Part shown: positions 46,425-56,898 of the stretch, piece after piece | How the letters are laid out: each line of letters opens with the position of its first letter | Position numbering within the stretch: the stretch's first letter is position 1 | Assembly: GCA_017610335.1 (NCBI GenBank) | Contig: JAFCCG010000001.1 | Span: forward strand, 13,869 to 77,868 | Direction: 5' to 3' | DNA length: 64,000 nucleotides | Source: Chloroflexota bacterium | GTDB lineage: Archaea; Iainarchaeota; Iainarchaeia; Iainarchaeales; GCA-2688035 | Notes under the pieces: generated by a model | Database searches by the model: none | The model's input: the letters and a program-made list of their open reading frames with translations, nothing else | Told to the model about the DNA's origin: nothing | Program-made: the position numbers and the translations under genes

Positions 46425-47392
46425 AAATAAAAAAATGGCACATGGGAATTATCGGACTGATACTTCTTGCATTTATTCTTAGTTCAATTAATCTTGGAGA
46501 ACTTTTTCAAACCATTCTTAAAATCAACCTTGCAATTTTTGCAATTGCCCTCTTGCTAGAAATTCTTTCAATTATTATTAAAGGAATCAAATACGTATTT
46601 GTAGTAAAGGCACACCATGAAAGCATTTCGCTTTCCAACAGCATAAAGTATACACGCATTGGCTTTTTTCTAAGTATGGTTACTCCCGGAAAAATTGGAG
46701 AGCTTGCAAGAGCATTTTATATCAACAAAAAAATTCATTCACTTGGAAAAAGTCTTTCAACAGTTGTTGTTGACAGAGCAATAGACCTTGTAATTTTACT
46801 TTCGACAGGATTTGCTGCAGCAATATTCCTTTCTCTTACAATGGAAACCAATATTTTGCCAATTGAAGCAATTGTAATAGTAATTGTGTTGTTTGTCCTG
46901 CTTGCAGTTCTTGCTTCAAGAAAAAATCTTGCAAAAAAACTCCTAAAGCCAATCTTTAAAGCAATCATTCCTGAAAAAATGAAACACAAAGCAAGAATTG
47001 GCTTTAACGACTTTTATGCAGCTATTGGCAAAGCAGTAAAAAACAAAAAAGAACTTGCAATCGCAGTCTTTTACGGAATCATTATTTGGGTTATTACAGT
47101 TTTTGCATTTTGGTTTTATCTGCTTTCCTTAAACATTTTTACAGTTCCGTTTTATTTTATGATTGTCCTGCTTCCTGCAATTATTATAATTGAACTGCTT
47201 CCAATTTCTTTTTCAGGAATTGGAACAAGGGATGCAGTTTGCATCGTGCTTTTGGGAATTTTTGGAGTTAGTGCACCGGAAGCAGTTGCCTTTTCAGTAT
47301 TATTATTTGCAACAGGATACCTTTTGAATGCAGCAATTGGCTTTGTGTTCTTTAGCAACGAGCCAATTAAGGAACTGAAAGACTTGCAATAA
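46421..47392 (+). CDS. Flippase-like polytopic membrane protein (UPF0104/LPG-synthase-TM family)
   Basis: 8 or so TM helices. KIGELARAFYI motif region. Typical partner of Dpm1-like GT2. Confidence 0.5.
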   Translation: MKIKKWHMGIIGLILLAFILSSINLGELFQTILKINLAIFAIALLLEILSIIIKGIKYVFVVKAHHESISLSNSIKYTRIGFFLSMVTPGKIGELARAFYINKKIHSLGKSLSTVVVDRAIDLVILLSTGFAAAIFLSLTMETNILPIEAIVIVIVLFVLLAVLASRKNLAKKLLKPIFKAIIPEKMKHKARIGFNDFYAAIGKAVKNKKELAIAVFYGIIIWVITVFAFWFYLLSLNIFTVPFYFMIVLLPAIIIIELLPISFSGIGTRDAVCIVLLGIFGVSAPEAVAFSVLLFATGYLLNAAIGFVFFSNEPIKELKDLQ

Positions 47393-47423
47393 GTATTAAA
47401 CATTTGTGTAAAGGTATTTTTTT

Positions 47424-48662
47424 ATGGAATTCGAAAAAAAAGAATTTAAAATTCTTGTAGTAATCATCCTATTAGGACTTGGATTAAGAATTGCTGGCAG
47501 CGCATTGTTTCCGCTTTGGTCCGGAGCAGAAGAAGGTTCGCATTTTTTCTTTATTCAGTACATTGGAGAAAATGGCAAGCTTCCAATGATTCCGCTTACT
47601 GAGGAAACCCTCAAAGGAATTTATGTTGAAAGCATTCACCAGCCACCGTTGTATTATATGACAATGTCGCCATTTTACATGCTTGTTGCAGGACAAGGTT
47701 ATGAAACAATTATTCATTTCCTCAGATTGTTCTCGGTTTTGCTTGGAACACTTTGCATTCCATTAACATATCTTGTTGCAAAAAGGCTTTCTTTTGGAAA
47801 AAATATTGCAATTGCAAGCGCAATGTTTATTGCTTTACTTCCGACAAACATAATCGCAACCAGTGTTTTGGGAAACGATGCTTTATCATGGGTTTTTTGC
47901 ACTGCTGCAATATATTTCTGCATTGTTGCACTTCAGGAAAAAAAAGCAATTGATTTGGCCCTTGCAGGTTTACTTATTGCAGCTGCAATTCTTACAAAAT
48001 TCAATGCATTAAGCCTTCTTGCAATTTTTATTCCAACAGCAATAATTTTGCTTCTTAAAGGAAAGGAAAACATTACAAAAAGAATTGTTGCATGCGCAAC
48101 TCCTTTGCTTGCAATTCCAATTATCTTCAGAAATCTTGCATTAAGCGGAAACATTATTCCAAGCCATTTAAGGGAGATGATGCTAATTAACTGGGAGTGG
48201 TTTGTTTATTATGTAACTCATCTTTTTCCAAGCTTTTGGCTGCAGGAATATGCTGTTGCAACAATTCCTGACATTAGATATTTGTTTTTTATATTTTATT
48301 CAGCTGTTTCCCTTGCAGCAGTAATCGGTTTTGTAAAACTTTTGCTTGACAGGGATTGGAACATTAAAAGAAAACTTGTAATGAGCATTTTGCTTCTTGG
48401 AGTTTTACTAAACCTTGCAGGAATCACTTATGTAAACCTTTTTGGTTGGTGGCCCGAGGGCAGATGGATCTACCCTACTTTGAGCATAATAGTAATTTTC
48501 TTTACCTTTGGCCTACAAAAATTCATGAAAATAATTAAGCATGAAAACAAGACACCTTACCTAATCTGGTTTGTTCTTTTCACAATGCTTGTATTGGACA
48601 TAATTGTATTAGTATTCCACAACACTATTTTGCCTGATATAGTATGGGCGATACCAGTTTAG
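47424..48662 (+). CDS. GT-C fold glycosyltransferase (PMT_2/ArnT/GT39-83-like)
   Basis: 10 or more TM helices. N-terminal loop with EEGSHFFF...PPLYY, typical of polyprenyl-P-sugar-dependent GT-C enzymes. Confidence 0.6.
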   Translation: MEFEKKEFKILVVIILLGLGLRIAGSALFPLWSGAEEGSHFFFIQYIGENGKLPMIPLTEETLKGIYVESIHQPPLYYMTMSPFYMLVAGQGYETIIHFLRLFSVLLGTLCIPLTYLVAKRLSFGKNIAIASAMFIALLPTNIIATSVLGNDALSWVFCTAAIYFCIVALQEKKAIDLALAGLLIAAAILTKFNALSLLAIFIPTAIILLLKGKENITKRIVACATPLLAIPIIFRNLALSGNIIPSHLREMMLINWEWFVYYVTHLFPSFWLQEYAVATIPDIRYLFFIFYSAVSLAAVIGFVKLLLDRDWNIKRKLVMSILLLGVLLNLAGITYVNLFGWWPEGRWIYPTLSIIVIFFTFGLQKFMKIIKHENKTPYLIWFVLFTMLVLDIIVLVFHNTILPDIVWAIPV

Positions 48663-48739
48663 ACAAAAGAGAATAGCATTTAAATCTCTTTAGGTTTGTA
48701 TGATTTAAATAGGTTTGAGTAATTTGTAAAGTGATTTAA

Positions 48740-49441
48740 ATGGTTGAAATTAGAGAGTATAAGGACAAGGATTTTTGGTATAATGACTATTTTTGTGAAG
48801 GTGGTCTTACAGGAATGCCAAAAATGAAAAAGACCCTGCCTTTGATGGCAAAGTTTTTGAAAAAGAATTCAAGACTGGGCGATTTTGGTGGCACAACTAA
48901 AAGTTTTAAACTGTTTAAAAAAGCTTTTCCGAACATTGAAATAGTTTCAGTAAATATGATTGCCAACCAAATCAAGGGCTGTGATATTGAAGTATGTGAA
49001 AATTTTGCTGAAAAAACAGGCTTTGCTTCAAATTATTTTGACGTTGTTTTTTTGGGTGATGTAATTGAACACTTAATTGAACCAGACAAAATAGTTATTG
49101 AACTGCGCCGTGTTTTGAAAGACGGAGGCATTTTTATTATTACCACTCCAAATCTTGCAAGCCTGGCAAACCGTTTTTCACTGTTGTTTGGTTTTGCTCC
49201 AACCAATTACCATCCATCCGAATGGAGGTATGGTTCCTTGTTTGGCGTAAAGCACTCTTCATGGCATAAGTCTGTTTTTACCATTCCTGCAATGGTTGGC
49301 TTTTTGGAAAATTATGGTTTTAAAGTATTTAAAAAAATTGGCTTTTCATACCATGGCAGGAATTTTTTGCCAACAAACTTAAGCGAGGGCATGATAATTT
49401 TTGCAAAAAATGTAAAAAAAGTAAAGCAAAAAAAGGGATGA
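48740..49441 (+). CDS. Class I SAM-dependent methyltransferase
   Basis: VFLGDVIEHLIEP...GGIFIITTPN. Confidence 0.65.
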   Translation: MVEIREYKDKDFWYNDYFCEGGLTGMPKMKKTLPLMAKFLKKNSRLGDFGGTTKSFKLFKKAFPNIEIVSVNMIANQIKGCDIEVCENFAEKTGFASNYFDVVFLGDVIEHLIEPDKIVIELRRVLKDGGIFIITTPNLASLANRFSLLFGFAPTNYHPSEWRYGSLFGVKHSSWHKSVFTIPAMVGFLENYGFKVFKKIGFSYHGRNFLPTNLSEGMIIFAKNVKKVKQKKG

Positions 49442-49459
49442 AACCTGAAAAGGATTTGG

Positions 49460-50071
49460 TTGGAAATGAGCAAAAGTAAAGTGTTGGAGAAAAACATGAA
49501 CTCCAAAAAAGAATTGAAGGCAAAGTCGCAAATCCAGAAAATAGACCCTGTTGTCTTTGAAGTTAAGGGAAAAAAACTGGATCTTGGATGCGGAAACAAG
49601 AAGATTGAGGGAGCATTTGGAGTTGACTATTTTAAAACAGATTGCATCGACCTTGAATGGAATCTTGAAAAGCCTTTGCCAAAAAAATTTTGGAACTCTT
49701 ATGATTTGGTTTACAGTTCAAGCGTTTTAGACCATATGGGAAACCCTTTGCAGTTTTTGAAAAATTGTGTTTTGTATGCAAAACCAAATGGCTTTGTGCA
49801 AATTGCAGTAGACAACGCAGATTACTGGCGTTACCACAAAAAAGGCAAGCCTTTTGGAAACTATCATTCAAAACTTTGGTTCAAGCACACCAAGGAACTG
49901 GAAGTGCAACACAAGATGATGTTCCAGCCAGGGCATGTTGAAACAATGTTCAAAATGCTCGGTCTCAAAATTGTTAAAAAAGAGCTTTTTTGGAGGCAGT
50001 CAATTGATTTTCTTTTCCCAAAGCATTTGGGAACTGCACATTTTTCAATTGTCGGAAAAAAAACCAAATAA
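49460..50071 (+). CDS. Class I SAM-dependent methyltransferase
   Basis: LDLGCGNKK...SSSVLDHM...AKPNGF. Confidence 0.65.
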   Translation: MEMSKSKVLEKNMNSKKELKAKSQIQKIDPVVFEVKGKKLDLGCGNKKIEGAFGVDYFKTDCIDLEWNLEKPLPKKFWNSYDLVYSSSVLDHMGNPLQFLKNCVLYAKPNGFVQIAVDNADYWRYHKKGKPFGNYHSKLWFKHTKELEVQHKMMFQPGHVETMFKMLGLKIVKKELFWRQSIDFLFPKHLGTAHFSIVGKKTK

Positions 50072-50144
50072 AGACAAATTAATGGTCTTTTTCGATTCTT
50101 GTACCAGAGTTTTATTTAAAGATTTTTAACCCTAAATGATTTAC

Positions 50145-51107
50145 ATGAAACAAGTATTAATTACTGGAGGAGCCGGTTTTATTGGAAGCAATTTCATAAG
50201 ACAACATCTTGAAAAACACTCGGAAGACAGGATAGTAAACCTTGACAAATTAACCTATGCCGGCAGGAAAGAAAGCCTGCAGGATTTAGAAGGTGAGGAA
50301 AATTACGAATTTGTAAAAGGAGATATTTGCAATCCAAAGGATGTGGAAAAGGCAATGCAGGACTGTGATTCTGTAATAAATTTTGCTGCAGAAAGCCATG
50401 TTGACAAAAGCATAGAAAATTCTGACGAATTTGCAAAAACAAACTTTTTAGGCGTAAAAGTATTATGTGACCAGGCAAAAAAACAAGGCGTTGAAAAGTT
50501 TGTGCAAATTTCAACAGACGAGGTTTATGGACAGATTAAAAACGGAAGCTTTAAGGAAACAGACATGCTTAATCCAAGAAATCCTTACAGTGCTGCAAAA
50601 GCCGGCGGAGAACTTTTGGCAATGAGCTATTTTGAAACATTTGACCTTAATGTAACGGTTACAAGAAGCAGCAACAATTACGGTCCTTTCCAATTTCCTG
50701 AAAAAGTTGTTCCGTTATTTATCACAAACCTTTTACAGGATAAAAAAGTTCCATTATACGGCGAAGGAAAAAATGTAAGAGACTGGCTTTTTGTTTTAGA
50801 CAACTGTGAAGCAATCGAAATAGTGCTAAAAAAAGGAAAGTTTGGAGAAGTTTACAACATTGGCGGAAATCAGGAATTACAAAACATTGAATTAACAAAA
50901 AAGATTCTTGCCGAATTAGGCAAAGGCGAAGAAATGATTCAAAAGGTTGAGGACAGATTAGGACACGATCTTCGCTATAGCCTTGACTGCAGTAAAATCA
51001 AAAATGAACTTGGATGGGAACCAAAGACAAAGTTTGATGAAGGACTGCACGAAACAGTGCAATGGTATAAGGAAAATGAAAAGTGGTGGAAGCCGCTGGT
51101 TGGATGA
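50145..51107 (+). CDS. rfbB: dTDP-glucose 4,6-dehydratase
   Basis: ITGGAGFIGSNF...YSAAK...EGKNVRDWLFV. RmlB-like. Confidence 0.85.
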   Translation: MKQVLITGGAGFIGSNFIRQHLEKHSEDRIVNLDKLTYAGRKESLQDLEGEENYEFVKGDICNPKDVEKAMQDCDSVINFAAESHVDKSIENSDEFAKTNFLGVKVLCDQAKKQGVEKFVQISTDEVYGQIKNGSFKETDMLNPRNPYSAAKAGGELLAMSYFETFDLNVTVTRSSNNYGPFQFPEKVVPLFITNLLQDKKVPLYGEGKNVRDWLFVLDNCEAIEIVLKKGKFGEVYNIGGNQELQNIELTKKILAELGKGEEMIQKVEDRLGHDLRYSLDCSKIKNELGWEPKTKFDEGLHETVQWYKENEKWWKPLVG

Positions 51108-51508
51108 AAATGGAAAAAGAGTATTTTAAAGCGCCACAAAAAGCGGCGATAAAAAACGGAGAAAAGTTCCTTATACTTAAACGTTCTGCCGATGCAAAGA
51201 TTTACCCAGATTATTGGGATTTTCCAGGCGGGAAACTTGAATGCGGAGAAGACCCAAAAAAAGGGCTAAAAAGGGAAGTCAAAGAGGAAACTGGTTTGGA
51301 AGTTGAGATAAAAAATCCGGAATTTGTTTTTTCGGAAAAGGTTAAGGACCATTTTACATATGTGGTTGTGTTTAAAGCAGATATTGCCGGTAAAAAGGAA
51401 ATTCAGTTAAGCAAAGAGCATTCTGGATTTAAATGGGCAATAAAAGAAGAGGCAAAAGAAATGAAATTAGAAAATTTTTTGAAGGCATATTTTGAAAAGA
51501 GGATTTAA
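51104..51508 (+). CDS. NUDIX hydrolase
   Basis: Nudix box GGKLECGEDPKKGLKREVKEETGL. Confidence 0.7.
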   Translation: MKMEKEYFKAPQKAAIKNGEKFLILKRSADAKIYPDYWDFPGGKLECGEDPKKGLKREVKEETGLEVEIKNPEFVFSEKVKDHFTYVVVFKADIAGKKEIQLSKEHSGFKWAIKEEAKEMKLENFLKAYFEKRI

Positions 51509-51510
51509 AA

Positions 51511-52248
51511 ATGGTTTTGAAAGGAGTTATTTTGGCGGGCGGAACAGGATCAAGGCTAAAGCCCTTGACAAATTCTATAAACAAGCACTTGCTTCCAATA
51601 TACAACAAGCCGATGATTTATTATCCGATTGAAATGCTGAAATCGGCAGGCATAAAGAACATTCTTGTAATTACCGGAACACACCATGCAGGAGCAATAT
51701 TCCAGCTGCTTGGCTCAGGAAAGGATTTCGGCGTAAAGTTTACCTACAGAGTACAAGACGAGGCCGGGGGCATTCCAAGCGCTATTTCTTTGGCAGAAGA
51801 CTTTGTGGGCGAAAACAAATTCATTTCAATCAACGGAGATAACATTATTTTTGAAACATTAAAACCTTTTGCAGACAAATTTGAAAAAGGAAATGCAGAA
51901 ATGCAGATTTTGCTCTATAAGGGAACGAAAGAAGAGGCAAAGAAAAGCGGTGTTGCCGTTGTTGAAGGTGAAAAAGTTATGCAGGTGATTGAAAAGCCTG
52001 CAGAGCCTCCAAGCAATAATATAATTATTGGAATTTATTTTATGAATTCGAATGTTTTTGAAGTCATCAAAAAACTAAAACCAAGTGGAAGAGGTGAAAC
52101 AGAAATAACTGAGGTACAAAGACATTATTTAGAACAAAGAAAACTTTCTGCAGCAAATCTTAAAGGCAATTGGCTGGACGCAGGCGACTTTGAAGACCTG
52201 CTTAACGCAAATCTCGAAACAAAAAAGCTAAGCAAAAAAGAAAAGTGA
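51511..52248 (+). CDS. rfbA: Sugar-1-phosphate nucleotidyltransferase (RmlA-like)
   Basis: GVILAGGTGSRLKPLT...K..LP. Confidence 0.8.
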   Translation: MVLKGVILAGGTGSRLKPLTNSINKHLLPIYNKPMIYYPIEMLKSAGIKNILVITGTHHAGAIFQLLGSGKDFGVKFTYRVQDEAGGIPSAISLAEDFVGENKFISINGDNIIFETLKPFADKFEKGNAEMQILLYKGTKEEAKKSGVAVVEGEKVMQVIEKPAEPPSNNIIIGIYFMNSNVFEVIKKLKPSGRGETEITEVQRHYLEQRKLSAANLKGNWLDAGDFEDLLNANLETKKLSKKEK

Positions 52249-54737
52249 ATTTCATGCGAATTTTGATGTTAAACCCCCCATTTTTTCCTAAGTTCTCCAG
52301 ATCATCTCGTTCACCAGCTGTTACCAAAGGAGGTACCATTTATTATTGTATTTGGCTTGCCTATGCAACAGGTGTTTTGGAAAAAGCAGGGCATGAAGTA
52401 AAACTTGTTGACGCTCCGGCAGTTCCAATTTCTGAAAAAAAAGTACTTGCAATTATAAGGCGGTTCAAACCGGAAATGGTTGTACTTGATACAAGCACAG
52501 CAAGTATTCACAATGATGTGGAAGTTTTAAGAAAGGTAAAAAAAGCCCACAAATGTTTTGGTGTTCTTGTAGGAACACATGTGAGTGCACTTCCTTTGGA
52601 AACAATGGAGATGAGCAATGCAATTGATGCTGTTTGCATTCAGGAATATGATTATACTTTGAGGGATTTGGCAAAAGAACTTGGAAAGAAAAAGCCAGCT
52701 CTTGCAAAAGTTAATGGAATTGTTTTCAGGAAAGGCAAAAAGGTTGTAAAAAACAAGTTGAGAGAAAAGATTCAAGATTTAAATAAACTACCTTTTGTAA
52801 GCGCAGTTTACAAAAAACATTTGAATTACAAGAATTATTTTTATAGTGCAAATTTGTATCCTGAAATTGCAATTTTGACAGGCAGAGGCTGTCCTTTTAA
52901 CTGCAAGTTCTGCAATTGGGTGCAAAATTTGAATCCAGGACCTTACAGAAAAAGAAGTGTTGTAAACGTAATAGAAGAATTTAAATTTATTGAAAAGAAT
53001 TTTCCTGATGCAAAAGAAGTTTTTCTGGAAGACGACACTTTTACTGCAGACCACAGGTGGGTAAACGATTTCTGCAAATCAAAGATTAAGGAAAAAATTA
53101 AAATCAAGTGGAGTTGTAATGCGAGAGCAGATGTTCCACTTGAAACATTACAATTGATGAAAAAAGCAGGCTGTCGTCTTTTGTGTGTTGGTTTTGAGTC
53201 AGGAAGTCAGCATGTATTAAATGATGTAAGAAAGGGAACAACTTTGGGAAAAATGAAAGAATTTATGGATGATTCAAAAAAGGCAGGAATTTTGGTTCAC
53301 GGCTGTTTTATGGTTGGAAATCCAGAGGATAATGAGGAAACAATTAAGGCAACAATTGAACTTGCAAAAAAGCTTAATCCTGATTCGGCACAATTTTTTC
53401 CAATAATGGTTTATCCAGGCACACAATCTTACGAGCATTTTAAGAAAAGCGGACAGCTTGTTTCAACTGATTTCAGACAATGGGTTGACGAAAACGGCTG
53501 GCATAATTGCATGGTTTCAATGCCTGGGTTATCAAATAAAGAAATGGTTGAATGGTGTGACAGGGCAAGAAAGGAATTTTATTTCAGACCAAAGTATATT
53601 GGTAAAAAGGCTTTACAGGTTATTACACAGCCTTCTGAATTTCCAAGACTTTGGAAGGGCGGAAAGACATTTATTAAGTATATTGCAAAATCAAAAAAAG
53701 AAACTGGGAAAAAAACAGCCATAAATGAAAAATCTGTTGAAAATGAAAAAAAACCGATTGAAAATGGAAAAAAAATGAATTGGGCAAGGCTTTCACAAGA
53801 CAAACCTTCAATTACTATGCAGCGCTTGGCAAAAATTGCATTGATAAGATCTGACAAAGCCGCAACAAGAACAAAAATGGCCATAGCAAGACTCAAACAC
53901 AGAAAAAAATTTGTTTTAAGAAATGTTCAGGGAAGCAATATGTATCTTAATATAAAAGACAAAGGAATTTGTTCAGACCTCTACCTTAGAGGCAAAAGAG
54001 AAGACAAAGCAACTGATGAGTTAATGAAAAGAGTCAAACCAGGCATGGTAATCGCAGATGTTGGTGCAAATATTGGATATTATGCGTTAATGGAAGCAAA
54101 AGCTGTTGGTCCAAAAGGAAAGGTATATGCAATTGAGCCAATTCCAGAAAATATTGTACTTTTGAAAAAAAATATTGCTGCAAACGATTACAAAAATATT
54201 GAGGTTTTTAACAAAGCAGCAGGTGACAAAAATTGCAAAAAGAAAATTTTCATTTCAAAACAGTCAAATCTTTCAACTTTTTGTGAAAATGTTGAACTTG
54301 ATCAAAGTGGTGAAACTATTGATGTGGATGTTTTTACATTGGATAGTTTTTTTAAAAACAGGGAAAAACCACAGATTGTAAGAATGGATGTTGAAGGCTA
54401 TGAGTATGAAATTTTGCAGGGAATGAAAAAAACAATGAAGGAATGTAAAAATTTGCAGTTTTTTATTGAAGTACATGCTGATTTTATGGGCGAAGAAAAA
54501 ACAGTGCGTTTTCTGAAGATTTTGAAACAAAACGGAATTACACACTGCAAAATTATAAGGGAATCTTCCGATATCCTTAAATTTTCGGAAAAAATTCTTT
54601 CAAAAGAAATTTTTCCAGAGGAAGGCGAGTTTAACAAAACCATTGGTGAAATAATTTCGGAGAAAAAATTCCATTATGGCCTTTACTATTTGTTTGCAGA
54701 AAAAAATGGTATGATGCTTTTGAAAAAATCAATTTGA
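52245..54737 (+). CDS. Fusion: B12-binding radical SAM domain + FkbM-family methyltransferase domain
   Basis: N-terminal B12-binding-like Rossmann region, then LTGRGCPFNCKFCNW (Cx3Cx2C). C-terminal 300 aa with VIADVGANIGYYAL...FTLDSF, the FkbM signature. Confidence 0.7.
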   Translation: MNFMRILMLNPPFFPKFSRSSRSPAVTKGGTIYYCIWLAYATGVLEKAGHEVKLVDAPAVPISEKKVLAIIRRFKPEMVVLDTSTASIHNDVEVLRKVKKAHKCFGVLVGTHVSALPLETMEMSNAIDAVCIQEYDYTLRDLAKELGKKKPALAKVNGIVFRKGKKVVKNKLREKIQDLNKLPFVSAVYKKHLNYKNYFYSANLYPEIAILTGRGCPFNCKFCNWVQNLNPGPYRKRSVVNVIEEFKFIEKNFPDAKEVFLEDDTFTADHRWVNDFCKSKIKEKIKIKWSCNARADVPLETLQLMKKAGCRLLCVGFESGSQHVLNDVRKGTTLGKMKEFMDDSKKAGILVHGCFMVGNPEDNEETIKATIELAKKLNPDSAQFFPIMVYPGTQSYEHFKKSGQLVSTDFRQWVDENGWHNCMVSMPGLSNKEMVEWCDRARKEFYFRPKYIGKKALQVITQPSEFPRLWKGGKTFIKYIAKSKKETGKKTAINEKSVENEKKPIENGKKMNWARLSQDKPSITMQRLAKIALIRSDKAATRTKMAIARLKHRKKFVLRNVQGSNMYLNIKDKGICSDLYLRGKREDKATDELMKRVKPGMVIADVGANIGYYALMEAKAVGPKGKVYAIEPIPENIVLLKKNIAANDYKNIEVFNKAAGDKNCKKKIFISKQSNLSTFCENVELDQSGETIDVDVFTLDSFFKNREKPQIVRMDVEGYEYEILQGMKKTMKECKNLQFFIEVHADFMGEEKTVRFLKILKQNGITHCKIIRESSDILKFSEKILSKEIFPEEGEFNKTIGEIISEKKFHYGLYYLFAEKNGMMLLKKSI

Positions 54738-54751
54738 AAAGTGGTTGTTGA

Positions 54752-55726
54752 ATGCAAAGACTAAAAGCAAGTGTAATTATTCCAGCTTTCAATGCAGAGA
54801 AAACTATTGGAAAATGCCTTGAATCAATGGAAAAGCAGTCTTTTAGTAATTTTGAGATAATTATTGTTGATGACGGAAGCATGGACAGAACAGGCAAAAT
54901 TGCCAAAAAATTTTCAAAAGCAAGAATTGTAAAGCAGGAAAATGCAGGCCCTGCTGTTGCAAGAAACAGGGGAGCAAAGGAGTCAAAAGGCGAAATAATA
55001 GTTTTTACCGATTCTGATTGCATTGCTGAAAAAAACTGGCTTACTGAAATGACAGAACCTTTTTGCGATAAGGAAATTGCAGGAGTGCAGGGAAGGTATA
55101 AGTGCAGGCAAAAGGAATTGATTGCAAGGCTTATTCAGCTTGAAATTGAAAAAAGATATGCTAAAATGGTGAAACATAAGTTTATTGATTTTATTGGAAC
55201 TTACAGCGCTGCATACAGACGCAGTGTTTTTGAAAGGCTTAAAGGCTTTGACACAAGCTTTCCGATTGCCTCAGGCGAAGATACTGATTTTAGTTTTAGG
55301 GTAAGCAGAGCAGGCTACAAAATGGTATTTAACCAAAAGGCAATAATTTTCCATACACACCCTACAAGCTTTTGGAAATATTTGAAAATCAAGTTTTTTA
55401 GGGCATTTTGGAGAACCAAAGTTTACAAAAGGCACAAGGGCAAAATGGTTAAGGACAGTTACACAAGCCAGCTGATAAAAGTTCAGACAGGATTGTTTTA
55501 TCTTTTATTTCCGGTAGCAATTGTCGCAATTGTTTGGCCGGAACTTGCATTCTTGTTTACCTTAAATGCTTTGCTGCTTTTCTTAACAGGATTTCCGTTT
55601 GCCTTTTGGGCCTTTTCAAAAGACAAAACAGTTGCAGTTATTTCACCGTTTGTGATTTTGTTAAGAACTGCAATGTTTGCAGGTGGCCTTGCCACTGGAA
55701 TTGCAAGAGAGGCACTTGGCAAATGA
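54752..55726 (+). CDS. GT2 glycosyltransferase with C-terminal TM region
   Basis: ASVIIPAFNAEKTI...FEIIIVDDGSMDRT...TDSDC. Confidence 0.75.
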   Translation: MQRLKASVIIPAFNAEKTIGKCLESMEKQSFSNFEIIIVDDGSMDRTGKIAKKFSKARIVKQENAGPAVARNRGAKESKGEIIVFTDSDCIAEKNWLTEMTEPFCDKEIAGVQGRYKCRQKELIARLIQLEIEKRYAKMVKHKFIDFIGTYSAAYRRSVFERLKGFDTSFPIASGEDTDFSFRVSRAGYKMVFNQKAIIFHTHPTSFWKYLKIKFFRAFWRTKVYKRHKGKMVKDSYTSQLIKVQTGLFYLLFPVAIVAIVWPELAFLFTLNALLLFLTGFPFAFWAFSKDKTVAVISPFVILLRTAMFAGGLATGIAREALGK

Positions 55727-56823
55727 AGGTAGCGCATTTAAGCCACAGGTTTTGGCCGTGCACAGGCGGAATTGAAACCCACATCATGCAATTGTGCGAA
55801 GAACTTAATGCAAAAGGTGATGAAACAAAGGTTGTGTGCTTAAACAAGTGTCCAAACAGTAACAAAGTGCTTCCTGCGAAAGATGAGAAGAACGGAATAG
55901 CAATTGAAAGACTTAGATTTCTCAATTTGAGAATTTACAGAATTGCTTTTGGTGCAATTGGAAAAGTAAAGGGCTTTGACACTGTTCACATACATGGCCT
56001 TGGATTTTTTTCTGATTATTTTGCATTGTTTAAATTGTTTCACAAAAAAAAACTGGTGCTTTCAACACATGGTGGAATTTTTCACACAAAAAATCATTCA
56101 TTGCTTAAAAAAATTTATTTCAACCTATGGTGCAGATTAACTTTAACAGCTTTTGACAAAGTTATTGCAGTAAGTGCGCAGGATTTTGAAACATTCAAAA
56201 AAATAGTGCCTGAAAGCAGGCTTGTTTTGATTGAGAATCCTGTTCCTGTTGAAGTACTTTCAAAAATTCCAAGAAAGCCAGTACCAAACAGTTTTCTTTT
56301 TGTCGGAAGGCTAAGCAAAAACAAAGGACTTAAAAATCTTTTAAATGCATTTGCTGAATTGAAGAAAAAAAGGCAGGATTTTTCTTTGAAGATTGCAGGA
56401 AAACCGTTTGATTTGAGTAAAAAGCAAGTGGAAAAAATGATTTTGGCAAAGGGCTTGAATGAAAAGGTAAAAGTTCTTGGAATGGTTTCGGAAAAGGAAT
56501 TATTAGAGCTTTATTCTAAAAATGAATTCTTTGCAAGCGCTTCAGAATATGAGGGCTTTGGAATAAGCGCTGTTGAAGCAATTGCTGCAGGTCTTGTTCC
56601 AATACTGAATGCTATTCCGCCTTTCAAGGCATTTGTAAAAGAGGGAAAAACGGGTTTTATTGTTGACTTTTCAAGCAAGGAAAGGGCAGGAAAGGCAATC
56701 GGAAAGGCAATCGGATTAAAAAAATCTGAAAGGCAGGAAATGGGCAGGAATGTAAGGGCTTTTTCACAGAAATTTTGTTGGAAAACTGCATTAAAAAAGT
56801 TTGAAAAAACTTACAGTGAGTAA
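55723..56823 (+). CDS. GT4 (GT-B) glycosyltransferase
   Basis: MKVAHLSHRFWPCTGGIETH. C-terminal E...FGISAVEAIAAG (EX7E). Confidence 0.75.
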   Translation: MKVAHLSHRFWPCTGGIETHIMQLCEELNAKGDETKVVCLNKCPNSNKVLPAKDEKNGIAIERLRFLNLRIYRIAFGAIGKVKGFDTVHIHGLGFFSDYFALFKLFHKKKLVLSTHGGIFHTKNHSLLKKIYFNLWCRLTLTAFDKVIAVSAQDFETFKKIVPESRLVLIENPVPVEVLSKIPRKPVPNSFLFVGRLSKNKGLKNLLNAFAELKKKRQDFSLKIAGKPFDLSKKQVEKMILAKGLNEKVKVLGMVSEKELLELYSKNEFFASASEYEGFGISAVEAIAAGLVPILNAIPPFKAFVKEGKTGFIVDFSSKERAGKAIGKAIGLKKSERQEMGRNVRAFSQKFCWKTALKKFEKTYSE

Positions 56824-56898
56824 TTGGTACAAAGCTTAATTGGTGAAGCTTAAAAACAGTTAGAAAATCAATTTATTGAAAGAAAGAGGTTGCTAAAA

